A DNA stretch of 64,000 nt from Syntrophales bacterium (GCA_963664485.1 OY761459.1:155098-219097), one strand, 5' to 3'. Counted from the stretch's first letter, positions 27,378-38,549 are shown. Program-made: numbers and translations. Notes: generated by a model not told the origin, from the sequence alone.

Positions 27378-27381
27378 TCTT

Positions 27382-29964
27382 CTACTTCACAACAATATTT
27401 ACCAGCTTTTTCGGAACATAAATCTCTTTGAGTATCTTTTTGCCTTCGGTAAGCTGTTTAATCTTACTATCATTCAAGGCAAGTTCCTTTATCTTGTCGT
27501 CGGATTCGCCCGCGGCAACCTGTATCCTGCTGCGCACTTTCCCGTTGATCTGAACTACGATGGTGATCTCTTCCTCCACCGCGACCGCCGCGTCGAAACC
27601 GGGCCATGCGGTTTCGGAAAGCCGTCCCTGTTTTCCGATCATTCCCCAGAGTTCTTCGGTTATATGCGGGACTATGGGCGACAGGAGGAGTATAACGGAT
27701 TCCACTGCCTCCCGTATTACGGAGAGTGCTGTCCGGTCATTCTTTTCCGGCCGTTCGATCTGATAGAGCGTATTGACAAGTTCCATAACCGCGCTGATCG
27801 CCGTGTTGAAATGGAACCGGTCTTCTATATCTGTCGTTACCTTTTTGATGGTCTGGTGTGTTTTTCTCCTCAGATTTTTGAGATCACCTTCGAGTGCTTC
27901 TCCGCCGTTGAAGGGCGCAACTTCTTTTATGTCGTCGATATAATCTTCGACGATACGCCACACCCTGCCGAGGAAGCGGAAGGATCCTTCGACTCCCTGG
28001 TCGCTCCATTCCAGGTCTTTTTCAGGCGGTGAGGCGAACAGACAGAAAATCCTGGCCGTGTCCGATCCGTACTCGTCGATTATATAGTTGGGATCGACGA
28101 CATTCTTCAAGGACTTCGACATTTTTTCGGTCTTTCCGATCTTTACCGCGAGGCCGCAATGAATACATTTCCCGCCTGTCACTTCCTCGGGGAACAGATA
28201 GCCGTGTTTCGGGCATCTCATGGTTTCTTTGCAGACCATTCCCTGCGTGAGCAGGTTCGAGAATGGTTCGTCGATATCGATCACGCCGAAATCTCTGAGC
28301 ATTTTCGTGTAGAATCTCGCGTAAAGCAGGTGCAGAATGGCATGCTCGATCCCTCCTATATACTGATCGACAGGCATCCAGTAATTCACCTTCTCTTTGT
28401 CGAGACCCGGCTTCACTGAGTGATCGGGACAGCAGAATCTGTCAAAGTACCACGATGATTCGACAAACGTATCCATCGTATCCGTTTCCCGTTTTGCTGG
28501 TCGACCGCACCTGGGACAGGTAACATTTACGAACGAGTCGATCAGATCGAGCGGGGACCCTCCCTCCCCTGTCAACTCAACATCTCTGGGAAGTATAATG
28601 GGAAGATCCGCTTCGGGAACCGGAACGGCGCCGCATTCTTCACAATTGACAATGGGGATCGGAGCTCCCCAGTAGCGCTGTCTGGATATGCCCCAGTCAC
28701 GCAGGCGATATTCTATGGTCTTTTTCCCCCGGCCGATGGATTCCAGATATGCCGCTATGTCATCCAGCGCCTGCATGTTTTTCATTCCGTCGAATTTACC
28801 GGAATTAACCAGAACCCCTTCATCCACATAGGCTTCGGTCATGGTATCGGCATCGAGCGGATCATCAGGATTCTGGATAACTACAATCTTTTCAAGGTTA
28901 TATTTCTCGGCGAATTCAAAGTCGCGCTGATCGTGTGTGGGAACAGCCATAACACAACCGGTACCGTAATCCGCCAGCACAAAATTAGCCGCATAGATCG
29001 GCATTTTCTTATCGGTAACCGGGTTAAGGCACCAGGCATCCAGAAAAACGCCTTCTTTTTCGTAATAATCGGACGTTCTCACTAATTTATCCTGTTTTTT
29101 TACACGCTCCACGAAATCCCTGACGTCCTGTTCTACGGGTTTTCCCTTTGCGAGTTCCATCACCAGGGGATGTTCCGCCGCGATCAGCATGAACGTGGCA
29201 CCGAATATCGTATCCTGCCTGGTAGTGAAAACCTTGATGACATCGTCGGAATCGGCCATGGGAAAAACGAGCTCACATCCGTGGCTCTTACCGATCCAGT
29301 TCTTCTGCATCGTGAGAACTCTTTCCGGCCAGCCGGGCAGCTTATCGCAATAATCCAGCAGTTCCTCCACGTAACCGGTAATGCGGAAAAACCACTGGTC
29401 AAAATACTTTTCAGTCACCTCGGTTCCACATCTCCAGCACAGACCCGCTTCGACCTGTTCGTTGGCCAGTACGGTCTTGCAGGTGGGACACCAGTTGACG
29501 GAACCTCCCTTTTTATAGGCAAGCCCCTTTTCGTACATCCAGAGAAAGAATAGTTGCTCCCACCGGTAATACTCCGGCTCACATGTGGATATTTCTCTGT
29601 CCCAGTCGTAACTGAACCCCATCCTCTTAAGCTGTTTCTTCATTGCTTCTATATTTTCATTGGTCCATTTCGCGGGGGGTATTCCGTGCTCGATAGCCGC
29701 ATTTTCCGCCGGCATGCCGAAAGAGTCCCATCCGATGGGGTGGAGTACGTTATATCCTTTCATCTTCTTATATCTCGCCACGACATCGCCTATGGTATAG
29801 TTCCGCACATGTCCCATATGAATCTTGCCCGAGGGATAGGGAAACATTTCGAGGAGGTAATATTTTTCCTTTCCGGTATCTTCGACAACCCGGAATATCT
29901 TTTCATCCTCCCAGCATTTCTGCCATTTTGCTTCTATTTCCCGCGGATTATACTTTATCTTCAT
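27382..29964 (-). CDS. leuS: Leucine--tRNA ligase
   Basis: MFPYPSG.IHMGH, FTTR.DT editing domain, SRQRYWG.PIP, GGIEHA, KMSKS. Confidence 0.98.
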   Translation of the reverse strand: MKIKYNPREIEAKWQKCWEDEKIFRVVEDTGKEKYYLLEMFPYPSGKIHMGHVRNYTIGDVVARYKKMKGYNVLHPIGWDSFGMPAENAAIEHGIPPAKWTNENIEAMKKQLKRMGFSYDWDREISTCEPEYYRWEQLFFLWMYEKGLAYKKGGSVNWCPTCKTVLANEQVEAGLCWRCGTEVTEKYFDQWFFRITGYVEELLDYCDKLPGWPERVLTMQKNWIGKSHGCELVFPMADSDDVIKVFTTRQDTIFGATFMLIAAEHPLVMELAKGKPVEQDVRDFVERVKKQDKLVRTSDYYEKEGVFLDAWCLNPVTDKKMPIYAANFVLADYGTGCVMAVPTHDQRDFEFAEKYNLEKIVVIQNPDDPLDADTMTEAYVDEGVLVNSGKFDGMKNMQALDDIAAYLESIGRGKKTIEYRLRDWGISRQRYWGAPIPIVNCEECGAVPVPEADLPIILPRDVELTGEGGSPLDLIDSFVNVTCPRCGRPAKRETDTMDTFVESSWYFDRFCCPDHSVKPGLDKEKVNYWMPVDQYIGGIEHAILHLLYARFYTKMLRDFGVIDIDEPFSNLLTQGMVCKETMRCPKHGYLFPEEVTGGKCIHCGLAVKIGKTEKMSKSLKNVVDPNYIIDEYGSDTARIFCLFASPPEKDLEWSDQGVEGSFRFLGRVWRIVEDYIDDIKEVAPFNGGEALEGDLKNLRRKTHQTIKKVTTDIEDRFHFNTAISAVMELVNTLYQIERPEKNDRTALSVIREAVESVILLLSPIVPHITEELWGMIGKQGRLSETAWPGFDAAVAVEEEITIVVQINGKVRSRIQVAAGESDDKIKELALNDSKIKQLTEGKKILKEIYVPKKLVNIVVK

Positions 29965-30054
29965 GACAATCTCCCTTAATCGATATGGAAGAAACCTCTA
30001 ACACGTCTCAGGTCTTCTTTCAATCCCATTTTTCCAATTATAAAGGCCCTCTCC

Positions 30055-30083
30055 TTGACATATGAAAACGCGATAAATATATT
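30055..30083 (+). promoter_or_regulatory. Sigma70 promoter for gmhA(-grpE-dnaK)
   Basis: TTGACA-17 nt-TATATT. Confidence 0.65.
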
Positions 30084-30108
30084 ACGTCACATGAGTGACA
30101 TGACTGAA

Positions 30109-30708
30109 ATGGAAGATATCGAAGACATCATAATACGGACATTCAGGGAGAGCAGTCGCGTCAAAGAGGTTTTCGTCAATGAGAACCTTTCCAGGCTTGT
30201 TAAAGTCGTCGACGTCATAACGCGGGCCCTGAACGGCGGCAACAAGATACTGTTGTTCGGAAACGGGGGAAGTGCGGCGGATTCTCAACACATTGCGGCG
30301 GAGTTCATAAACAGGTTCCTGATAGAAAGACCACCCCTCCCCGCGATAGCGCTTACCACGGATACATCGGTTATTACGAGCATAGCCAACGATTATGATT
30401 TCTCGGAAATCTTCGCCAAGCAGATACGGGCCATCGGGCGGGAAGGAGATATAGCGTGGGGCATCAGCACCAGCGGCTCTTCTCCCAATATACTGAAGGC
30501 TTTCGAAACCGCTGGCAGACTGGGAATGATAACTGTCGCCCTTACCGGGAGGGACGGAGGGGAAATGGCAAGAATGGCGGATTACTGCCTGAACGTTTCC
30601 TCCAACAGTACACCCCGCATTCAGGAAGCTCACATTACGGCGGGACATGTAATCTGTGACATGGTTGATTACAGACTGTTTAAGAAACCGGAGGATAACT
30701 CCCTGTAA
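30109..30708 (+). CDS. gmhA: Phosphoheptose isomerase
   Basis: GNGGSAADSQHIAAE, ANDY, STSG.S.N, RIQEAH; start placed downstream of the promoter (30091 or 30100 also possible). Confidence 0.95.
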   Translation: MEDIEDIIIRTFRESSRVKEVFVNENLSRLVKVVDVITRALNGGNKILLFGNGGSAADSQHIAAEFINRFLIERPPLPAIALTTDTSVITSIANDYDFSEIFAKQIRAIGREGDIAWGISTSGSSPNILKAFETAGRLGMITVALTGRDGGEMARMADYCLNVSSNSTPRIQEAHITAGHVICDMVDYRLFKKPEDNSL

Positions 30709-30729
30709 ACGGAGGATAAGCGCATCATC

Positions 30730-31284
30730 ATGAGTGAAGAAGTAAAGGCCGAAGAGACAACACGCGAAGAAGCGGAAAAATCGGGTTTTTCCCGTATCAA
30801 ATATACCTCGAAGAAAGACCTTATCGCGAAGATAGAAAACGCGGAGAAAAGCGCCGCCGAAAATCAGGACAAGTACCTGCGCGCATGTGCCGAACTCGAA
30901 AATTACAAGAAGCGGGCGGCGCGGGACCGTGAGGATTTTATAAAATATGGGAATGAAACTCTTATTAAAGATATATTGCCGACAATCGACAGCATGGAAC
31001 GGGCGCTTAAACACGCGGGTGACTCGGAAGATCTGGATGCTTTCGTGGATGGGCTCAGCATGATCCGCGATAATTTCATTTCCGTGCTGGGCAGACACGG
31101 TGTCGAGGGAATAGATGCCATCGGTAAAGAGTTCGATCCCAATTTTCACGAGGCGATGATGCAGGTTGAAGGCAAAAAAGATGAAAACAACAAGGTTGTG
31201 GAAGAATTTGAAAAGGGATACCTGCTTAACGGCAGATTGCTGAGGCCGTCAAAGGTATCGATAGCAAAGTATATAGATAAATAG
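30730..31284 (+). CDS. grpE: Nucleotide exchange factor GrpE
   Basis: LR..AE.ENYKKR, FDPNFHEA, KGYLLNGRLLRP..V. Confidence 0.96.
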   Translation: MSEEVKAEETTREEAEKSGFSRIKYTSKKDLIAKIENAEKSAAENQDKYLRACAELENYKKRAARDREDFIKYGNETLIKDILPTIDSMERALKHAGDSEDLDAFVDGLSMIRDNFISVLGRHGVEGIDAIGKEFDPNFHEAMMQVEGKKDENNKVVEEFEKGYLLNGRLLRPSKVSIAKYIDK

Positions 31285-31308
31285 AATATATAACAGGAGG
31301 ACTGATTA

Positions 31309-33237
31309 ATGAGTAAAATTATAGGAATCGACCTTGGGACAACAAACTCTTGTGTCGCTGTAATGGAGGGAAACGATCCTAATGTCATAGCAAACCAGGA
31401 AGGCAGCAGGACGACGCCATCGGTCATCGCTTTTACGGACAGCGGTGAACGTCTGGTCGGGCAGGTTGCCAAACGACAGGCGGTAACCAATCCTGAAAAT
31501 ACCGTTTACGCGGTGAAGAGGCTGATAGGAAGGAAATTTTCGTCCAAGGAAGTTCAGTACGATATCACTATCAGCCCGTTTAAAATCACAGAGGCTTCGA
31601 ACGGCGATGCACAGGTAACTATAAAAGGTAAAAATTACAGTACGCCGGAGATATCTTCGATGGTGCTGGCAAAAATGAAACAGACTGCCGAGGATTATCT
31701 CGGAGAAAAGATAACCGACGCGGTCATCACGGTTCCGGCCTATTTCAACGATTCGCAGAGACAGGCGACAAAGGATGCCGGAAAGATAGCCGGTTTGAAC
31801 GTTCTCCGTATCATAAACGAACCGACGGCAGCCGCGCTCTCATACGGTCTCGACAAGAAGACCGATGAAAAGATCGCCGTGTTCGATCTGGGAGGAGGAA
31901 CATTCGATATCTCGATCCTCGAACTGGGCGGCGGCGTTTTTGAAGTCAAATCGACCAACGGCGATACACACCTGGGCGGTGAGGATTTCGATCAGAAATT
32001 GATAGACTATATAGCGAATGAGTTCAAGAAAGATCAGGGGATCGATCTCAGAAACGACAAGATGGCGCTTCAGCGCATCAAAGAGGCGGCTGAAAAGGCG
32101 AAAATGGAGCTTTCCACGTCCATGGAAACGGACGTGAACCTGCCCTTTGTTACAGCAGACGCATCCGGCCCCAAGCATCTTAATATGAAACTTAGCAGGG
32201 CCAAACTGGAAATGCTTGTTTCCGACCTTATAGAAAAACTCGCGCCTCCGTGCAGGACCGCATTGAAGGACGCGGGCCTGAGCACTTCGGACATAGACGA
32301 GGTTATTCTTGTAGGTGGTATGACGCGCATGCCCCTCGTACAGAGAACGGTCAAGGAGATATTCGGCAAAGAGCCCAGCAGGGGGGTAAATCCGGATGAG
32401 GTGGTTGCCGTGGGAGCGGCTATCCAGGGCGGTGTGTTGTCCGGTGATGTGAAAGACGTACTCCTTCTCGATGTAACGCCGCTGTCTCTCGGTATAGAAA
32501 CCCTGGGAGGCGTCATGACAAAGCTGATCGATAAGAATACCACTATCCCGACAAAAAAGAGCCAGACGTTTTCCACGGCCGCGGACAACCAGCCCGCGGT
32601 GAGCATACACGTCCTTCAGGGAGAAAGGTCGATGGCGGCTGATAACAGGACACTGGGAAGGTTCGAGCTTAGCGGTATTCCGCCGGCTCCGCGAGGACTT
32701 CCGCAGATCGACGTTACCTTCGACATCGACGCTAACGGTATCGTGCACGTTTCCGCCAAGGACCTCGGGACAGGCAAGGAACAGAGTATAAAGATTACCG
32801 CTTCCAGCGGACTTTCCGAAGCAGAGATAGACAAACTGGTTAAGGACGCCGAGTCGCACGAGGAAGAGGACAAGAAGAAGAAGGAATTGATCGAGCTGAG
32901 GAACCAGGCCGACTCCATGATATACAGCGTCGAAAAGAACCTGAAGGAGATGGGAGACCAGATAGACGCCGGCCAGAAGTCCGCCATAGAGGATTCCATC
33001 GTCAAGCTCAAGAAGGCAATGGAAGGTGATAACATCGATGCCATAAAGGCGGCTCAGGAAGAGATGACGCAGGCGTCTCATAAACTGGCTGAAGCCATGT
33101 ACGCAAAGGCAACCAGCAAAGGCGCCGAAGGGGCTGGAGCGGCCGGGGCAGGTGCTTCCGGAGCAGGCGCACAGGCCGAATCGTCTCAGTCCGACGATGA
33201 CGTGGTGGATGCCGATTTCGAGGAAGTCGACAAATAA
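31309..33237 (+). CDS. dnaK: Chaperone DnaK
   Basis: [45 protein letters not shown]. Confidence 0.99.
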   Translation: MSKIIGIDLGTTNSCVAVMEGNDPNVIANQEGSRTTPSVIAFTDSGERLVGQVAKRQAVTNPENTVYAVKRLIGRKFSSKEVQYDITISPFKITEASNGDAQVTIKGKNYSTPEISSMVLAKMKQTAEDYLGEKITDAVITVPAYFNDSQRQATKDAGKIAGLNVLRIINEPTAAALSYGLDKKTDEKIAVFDLGGGTFDISILELGGGVFEVKSTNGDTHLGGEDFDQKLIDYIANEFKKDQGIDLRNDKMALQRIKEAAEKAKMELSTSMETDVNLPFVTADASGPKHLNMKLSRAKLEMLVSDLIEKLAPPCRTALKDAGLSTSDIDEVILVGGMTRMPLVQRTVKEIFGKEPSRGVNPDEVVAVGAAIQGGVLSGDVKDVLLLDVTPLSLGIETLGGVMTKLIDKNTTIPTKKSQTFSTAADNQPAVSIHVLQGERSMAADNRTLGRFELSGIPPAPRGLPQIDVTFDIDANGIVHVSAKDLGTGKEQSIKITASSGLSEAEIDKLVKDAESHEEEDKKKKELIELRNQADSMIYSVEKNLKEMGDQIDAGQKSAIEDSIVKLKKAMEGDNIDAIKAAQEEMTQASHKLAEAMYAKATSKGAEGAGAAGAGASGAGAQAESSQSDDDVVDADFEEVDK

Positions 33238-33266
33238 GTTTCCGTATATCCTCCCAGTTATATATC

Positions 33267-33298
33267 ACTGCCCGGGGAATATTCCCCGGGCAGTTTTT
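33267..33298 (+). terminator. Intrinsic terminator after dnaK
   Basis: actgcccggggaat/attccccgggcagt palindrome followed by T run. Confidence 0.8.
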
Positions 33299-33570
33299 CT
33301 AGTATTCCGTCTTGACACGAAAAATCCTTTTTGCGATACTTTACCGACCTGAAAGATTCCGGCTCATGTTCAGCAATGCCAGTGGCTCTTTCTGACTTTC
33401 TTACCTAATCTCTTTCAGATATGCATGTTTCAGTCCGGGTGTTTCCGGACTAAAGTTCTCATGGAAAAAGTGTCTTTCACCGGCAAAAACATGTTCCTAC
33501 AAAACAGATAGCGGAAGTATAAAAGAGGATTTTTAATCTTATTCGACCCCGCATAGAAAGGAGAAAGCCC

Positions 33571-33945
33571 ATGAATCGTAACGCGTTATCCTTGAGGGCA
33601 TATATCTTCTGCCTCGTATTGTGCTTTTCCGCTGTTTTCCTGTGGCATTCCGAGGCCCGGGCGCACGGTCCCGAACAGGTTATACCGTCCTATTATACGG
33701 ACTCCGGCACTTTGAGCGTGGTGATTCATCATCCTGTATCGAATCCCCGAAAACACTATATCAAAAGCGTGTCAATCACAAAGAATGCGGCACCTGTTCT
33801 AACCCAAACGTACACGGACCAGCCTGAGTCTTCGCCATTTACTTACACGTATTCAATAACGGCAAAAGCGGGAGATATACTGAAGGTAAAGGCCGACTGC
33901 AGCTATTTCGGATCAAAGACGGGAGAACTTACCGTCGACAGATAA
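33571..33945 (+). CDS. Exported protein with desulfoferrodoxin/SOR-like His/Cys motifs
   Basis: Signal peptide ARA|HGP, HHPV, HYIK, A.CSYFG; AGGAG RBS. Confidence 0.6.
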   Translation: MNRNALSLRAYIFCLVLCFSAVFLWHSEARAHGPEQVIPSYYTDSGTLSVVIHHPVSNPRKHYIKSVSITKNAAPVLTQTYTDQPESSPFTYTYSITAKAGDILKVKADCSYFGSKTGELTVDR

Positions 33946-33985
33946 ACACCTTTCAGACCGACGATCGAAGGCGGGGGGGACGTCT

Positions 33986-34378
33986 ATGATCATCATCCAT
34001 GCAGCTTTAATGCTCACAGGTTTTTTCTCTGCGGCCGCGGGTATCGGCACGGCGATGTTCATGAGAGACAAACGATGGTGGCTTCGCGTTCACCGACGGC
34101 TCGGGTCGGCGGCGGTCATGTGCGTCCTTATCGGATTTGGGACGGCGCTGATAATGGTTTCCCTGAAGGCGAACCGGCATTTCGGCGTACCGCACGCCTG
34201 GCTGGGACTCGCCGTGATTCTGTCCGTCCTGTGCACATATGTTCTCGGAGTCACACAGCTGAAGAGAAAAACGGCAAGAATGAGATCCTTGCACCGGTGG
34301 TCGGGACGCATAACATTCGTATTGATTTTTTTCAATGTACTGTCCGGATTGACCCTGACCGGAATCCTGCCGGTATGA
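33986..34378 (+). CDS. 4-TM cytochrome b561-like membrane protein
   Basis: Four hydrophobic helices with His5, His36, His70, His103 (W.R.H, HAWLG, HRWSGR). Confidence 0.65.
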   Translation: MIIIHAALMLTGFFSAAAGIGTAMFMRDKRWWLRVHRRLGSAAVMCVLIGFGTALIMVSLKANRHFGVPHAWLGLAVILSVLCTYVLGVTQLKRKTARMRSLHRWSGRITFVLIFFNVLSGLTLTGILPV

Positions 34379-34384
34379 CGAAGG

Positions 34385-34713
34385 AACTTGAGTACAATGT
34401 TGAATGTTTAATGTTTAATTTTTGATTATTACTTACGGTAAGTAGAGAAGTTAAAGGCAGGGTTAGGGGCCAAGGGCTGTCAGGGTTCAAAGTCGTCATT
34501 CCGTGCACGCGAAGCACAAGGGGCCAAGGGGCCAAGGAACTGCTGTCATGTTACTGCGGCAATAAGAGAGGCTAAAGGCAGGGTTCAAGGGGCCCAAGGG
34601 GCCAAGGAACTGCTGTCATGTTACTGCGGCAATTAGAGATAAAGGCAGGGTTCAAGGGGCCAAGGGTTCAGAGGGGCCAAGGAACTGCTGTCATATCGTT
34701 GCCGGAGTAATAA
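34385..34713. repeat. Composite repeat island (heptamer, TIR-bounded octamer modules, family A fragment)
   Basis: ttattacttacggtaa (34426)...gttgccggagtaataa (34713); ggggccaaggaactgctgtcat occurs three times. Confidence 0.9.
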
Positions 34714-34731
34714 AGGAAAGGGGTTAACATA

Positions 34732-35343
34732 ATGGACGTTTTGATTGTTTACTATTCGATGTATGGACATATCAACCGTCTTGCGCAGGCAGTCGCCGAA
34801 GGCGTCAGAGAGGTCGACGGAGCAGAAGCGATTCTTCGCAGGGTCCCGGAAACGCTTACGGAGGAAGTGCTCGGAAAGATGGGGGCTCTCGAGGCGCAAA
34901 AAGCGTTCGCCGATGTTCCGGTATGCAGGATTGACGAACTCGGATCGGCCGATGCCGTCATCTTCGGAACCCCGACACGATTCGGTAACATGTGCGGTCA
35001 GATGCGCCAGTTTCTCGATAAAGCCGGAGGTCTCTGGTCGAAAGGCGCCCTCGTCGGGAAGGTTGGAAGCGTATTTACCAGTTCAGGGACTCAGCACGGA
35101 GGACAGGAATCGACGATCCTCGGTTTTCATGTCAACCTCCTGCACATGGGAATGCTCGTGGCGGGACTGCCCTACAGCTTTGAGGGTCAGTCACGAAACG
35201 ACGAGATAACCGGCTGTTCCCCATACGGAGCATCGACAATCGCCGGCAGCAGCGGAGAGCGTACCCCAACGGAAAACGAACTGGCGGGTGGGCGTTTTCA
35301 GGGAAGGTACGTCGCTACTATCGCCGCGAAACTGACACGGTGA
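34732..35343 (+). CDS. wrbA: NAD(P)H:quinone oxidoreductase WrbA
   Basis: YYSMYGHI, GTPTRFGNM, QHGGQE.T, SPYGASTIAG. Confidence 0.95.
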   Translation: MDVLIVYYSMYGHINRLAQAVAEGVREVDGAEAILRRVPETLTEEVLGKMGALEAQKAFADVPVCRIDELGSADAVIFGTPTRFGNMCGQMRQFLDKAGGLWSKGALVGKVGSVFTSSGTQHGGQESTILGFHVNLLHMGMLVAGLPYSFEGQSRNDEITGCSPYGASTIAGSSGERTPTENELAGGRFQGRYVATIAAKLTR

Positions 35344-35458
35344 TTCTCTGTCCGCAAAAGGGAATCCGCCGCGAAACAGATAATCAGTATTGTAAGCCGC
35401 AGCCGATTATTGTCTGTACAGTACCCGGAAACCGGGCGCGGAAAGTGAGGTGCATGAT

Positions 35459-35680
35459 ATGGCTGACATAAAGATAGATGTACGCGGGGAAACATGCCCG
35501 GTACCCCTGGTAGAAACCCGCAAGGCGCTGCGAAAGGCCTCTCCAGGGGATACCTTAGAAGTAACAGGTACACACCCTGCTTCCAAAAAAGAGATACCGA
35601 TGGCCCTGAAAGCGCTGGGGCTCAAAGATCCGGAAATAGAGGAAGAAGGAGATGTGTGGAAGATCAGAGTAAGTATCTGA
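35459..35680 (+). CDS. TusA/SirA-family sulfurtransferase
   Basis: IDVRGETCPVPLV (CPxP). Confidence 0.9.
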   Translation: MADIKIDVRGETCPVPLVETRKALRKASPGDTLEVTGTHPASKKEIPMALKALGLKDPEIEEEGDVWKIRVSI

Positions 35681-35698
35681 CGGAAAGGCGGTGCGCAC

Positions 35699-36118
35699 AT
35701 GACCGATAAAGCAACCATCGTGGTTCACGGCGGGGATATGGATAAACTGTACAGCGCGCTGATCATATCTGTCGGCGCATTATCGATGGGTATGGAGGCG
35801 TCTTTATATTTCACCTTCTGGGGCCTTGAACGCCTTATCAAGGGAAAACTGGAGGGGGGAACCTTATCCAGGATGCACATGCTGGGTATCGGGAAATGGA
35901 TGGTTAGACGCCGGATGAAAGCCGCCAACGTGGCATCGCTTGAAACGCTTCTCCGGGACTTCAAAGAACTGGGAGGAAAGATCATCGCCTGCGAAATGAC
36001 AATGCAGATCATGGGTATAAAACGGGAGGATCTTCGGCAGGATCTGATAGACGAGTACGGAGCCGTGGGTACTTACATAGAGGAGGCTCGAAACTCGAAA
36101 ATAACACTGTTCATATAA
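35699..36118 (+). CDS. DsrE/DsrF/DrsH-like (DrsE_2) protein
   Basis: LYFTFWGL, IIACEMTM.IMG, GAVGTY, TLFI. Confidence 0.88.
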   Translation: MTDKATIVVHGGDMDKLYSALIISVGALSMGMEASLYFTFWGLERLIKGKLEGGTLSRMHMLGIGKWMVRRRMKAANVASLETLLRDFKELGGKIIACEMTMQIMGIKREDLRQDLIDEYGAVGTYIEEARNSKITLFI

Positions 36119-36130
36119 GGAGAAACCGAT

Positions 36131-37312
36131 ATGATTGCGAAAACCGTTTATCTTGACAACGCTGCCGCCACCCGTATGGACGAGAGAGTGCTGGATGTTA
36201 TGACGCCCTATTTCTTCGAGACCTACCCGGTCGCGACCTCGGAGTTCGGCTACTCCCTGGGAATAGATGCACGTGAGGCCCTGGAAAAAGCCCGTAAAGA
36301 GATAGCACAGTACATCGGAGCCGGCAGCGAGGAGTTCATCTTCACTTCGGGAAGCACGGAATCCAGTAACCTGGCACTAAAGGGGGTGGCGCTGGCTCTA
36401 GGCGAAAAGAAAGGCCGGCATATTATCATCTCCGCCATCGAAGATTTCCCGGTACTCCACAGTGCCAAAGCGCTCGAAAAGTACGGGTTTCCGGTCACCT
36501 TTCTGGAGGTGGATCATGAAGGCCTCGTCGATCCCGGCAAACTGGAAAAAGCGATAACCGGCGAGACAATACTCGTTTCCATACAGCACGCAAACCAGGA
36601 GATCGGAACGGTCCAGGACATTGAAACGATAGGCGGCATATGTCATGACAAGGGGGTTCTTTTTCATACGGACGCCACGCACACTTTCACGCGGATGCCC
36701 CTGGATTTTCAAAAGATGAAGGTGGACCTGATTACCGTCTCCCCACACACGATCCATGGCCCCAAAGGGATAGGAGGACTTTACGTCCGCGAGGGAACGG
36801 CGATAAATAAATGGATGGACGGCGGATTCCAGGAGTTCAACCTCAGGGCCGGGCTGGAGAATATTCCGGGTGCCGTGGGTTTCGCCAGGGCGGTATCACT
36901 GGTGACGCCAGAGGAAAACGAACGGATCAGGCTGATGCGCGACCATCTTATCGACCGAGTTTCAGCCGAAGTTCCCGATACTATCCTCAACGGGCACCGC
37001 TCGCAAAGAATCCCGCAAAACGCAAACATCACCTTTCACTCCGTGGAGGGAGAATCCATCACCCTCCATCTGGATATGCGTGGTTTTGCCGTCAGTACAG
37101 GCTCCGCCTGTTTCAGCCGTTCGCTGGAGGCTAGCCACGTTATCATGGGTATAGGGGGGGATCACGAGCGGGCGCACGGGTCTATTCGTTTTACCTTCAG
37201 CCGTTACAATACAATGGAGGAAGTGGATGCGGTGACAGACGCGATCACCGAAGTAGTAAGTCAATTAAGGATAATCAGCCCACTGGGTAACAAGAAGGAG
37301 GTCCGGAAATGA
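36131..37312 (+). CDS. IscS/NifS-fold protein lacking the PLP Schiff-base lysine
   Basis: YLDNAA.T, FTSG.TES.N, NQEIGT.Q, SPHTIHGPKG (Lys to Thr), STGSAC retained. Confidence 0.9.
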   Translation: MIAKTVYLDNAAATRMDERVLDVMTPYFFETYPVATSEFGYSLGIDAREALEKARKEIAQYIGAGSEEFIFTSGSTESSNLALKGVALALGEKKGRHIIISAIEDFPVLHSAKALEKYGFPVTFLEVDHEGLVDPGKLEKAITGETILVSIQHANQEIGTVQDIETIGGICHDKGVLFHTDATHTFTRMPLDFQKMKVDLITVSPHTIHGPKGIGGLYVREGTAINKWMDGGFQEFNLRAGLENIPGAVGFARAVSLVTPEENERIRLMRDHLIDRVSAEVPDTILNGHRSQRIPQNANITFHSVEGESITLHLDMRGFAVSTGSACFSRSLEASHVIMGIGGDHERAHGSIRFTFSRYNTMEEVDAVTDAITEVVSQLRIISPLGNKKEVRK

Positions 37313-37944
37313 CATTTCCATACAGCGAAAAGGTGCTCGAACACTTTAAAAATCCGCGCAACGTAGGCAAAATCGAAAATCCTGACGGCAATGCCATGGA
37401 AGGTAGTCCGGCATGCGGAGATATGGTGGGGGTTCACATCAAGGTCGATCCCGACACAAAACGTATTACCGATATCAAGTTCGAATCCTACGGCTGCGCT
37501 TCCAATATAGCCACCGGATCCATCATCACTGAACTCGCAAAAGGGAAAACCATTGATGAGGCAAAGAAGATCAACTGGAAGGAGGCCTCGGATGCTTTGG
37601 GCGGTCTCCCGCCGATCAAGACCCACTGCTCCGTTCTGGCCGTAGAAGGATTGCGCTCGGCCATACAGAATTACGAAGAACGTCACGGTCTCGTCACTGA
37701 ACAGAAACCGACCACCGTGGAAACTATCCGCAAGCGCCTCAAAAAGGTGATGAATCCGCTATCCGGCCTTGATCTGGTTCGTACGGAGTTGATAAAGGAT
37801 ATAGCGATAGACAAGGGAGTTGTTCATATCAAGGTAGATCTCCCTTCCAATCACCAGTTCGCCAACAATATAAGGGAGGAAATCGGGGATAAGATAGAGC
37901 CCCTCTGGGATGTCGAAACTGTCGAAGTAGAATTTCTGAAATAG
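37309..37944 (+). CDS. IscU/NifU-like scaffold fused to a DUF59/FeS_assembly_P-like domain
   Basis: YSEKVLEHF.NPRN.G, ACGD, YGC, K.HCS; ~75-aa tail LKKVMNPLSGLDLV...V..VEV. Confidence 0.88.
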   Translation: MTFPYSEKVLEHFKNPRNVGKIENPDGNAMEGSPACGDMVGVHIKVDPDTKRITDIKFESYGCASNIATGSIITELAKGKTIDEAKKINWKEASDALGGLPPIKTHCSVLAVEGLRSAIQNYEERHGLVTEQKPTTVETIRKRLKKVMNPLSGLDLVRTELIKDIAIDKGVVHIKVDLPSNHQFANNIREEIGDKIEPLWDVETVEVEFLK

Positions 37945-38207
37945 ATTCCAGACGGAATAATCGATGTTTTCATGCAGCCCGTGAAGATATCTTTCCCGCC
38001 AATTAGTGGAGCGACGACGCACATACGGAAAAGGCGGGTACCGGCGGAGGAACGGTTCATGTACGTATCGAGGTTTATCCGGGCGCCGCAAAAGAAAGAC
38101 TAAACAGCTGGATTCGAGGACTTTCTTTCACTACACCCTGACCGGTTGGTTGAGGTAAGTGCGGTTATGGTTTCATGAGCATGCTGATCCTCTCGGACCG
38201 CCGTATA

Positions 38208-38549
38208 TCAGCCGATTGCACCAGGTCCCGTTTCCATGGAACTGATTCGGACGCAATCGTCCATGGGAACAATAAATATCTTGCCGTCACCGATACCACC
38301 TGTATGAGCACCTTTTATCAAGGCATGGACCGCCGGTTCTACAAAATCATCATTCACGGCAATCTCCAGCCGTGTTTTTTTCAACAGGTTGATATCCGGG
38401 GTAAGACCCCGGTATGATTCCGTATAGCCTTTCTGGCGACCGCACCCCAGGGAGTTGGTAACCGACATGCGAAAGATACCGGCATCGGAGAGTGATCGTT
38501 TTACGTCATCCAGTTTTTCCGGTTTTATATATGCTACAATCAATTTCAT
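38208..38549 (-). CDS. glnK: P-II nitrogen regulator
   Basis: MKLI.A.IKPEKL, G.GRQKG.TE.YRG, TG.IGDGKIF; follows an amtB remnant. Confidence 0.9.
   Translation of the reverse strand: MKLIVAYIKPEKLDDVKRSLSDAGIFRMSVTNSLGCGRQKGYTESYRGLTPDINLLKKTRLEIAVNDDFVEPAVHALIKGAHTGGIGDGKIFIVPMDDCVRISSMETGPGAIG

Noticed and set aside
30055-30108. TTG start for gmhA given in the ORF track
   Set aside because: The TTG is part of a TTGACA -35 box; the real start is probably downstream
31840-33081. 413-aa antisense ORF, and other long shadow ORFs (21348-22397, 22808-23824, 30082-31149, 9533-10411)
   Set aside because: Opposite strand of well-supported genes, with no motifs of their own
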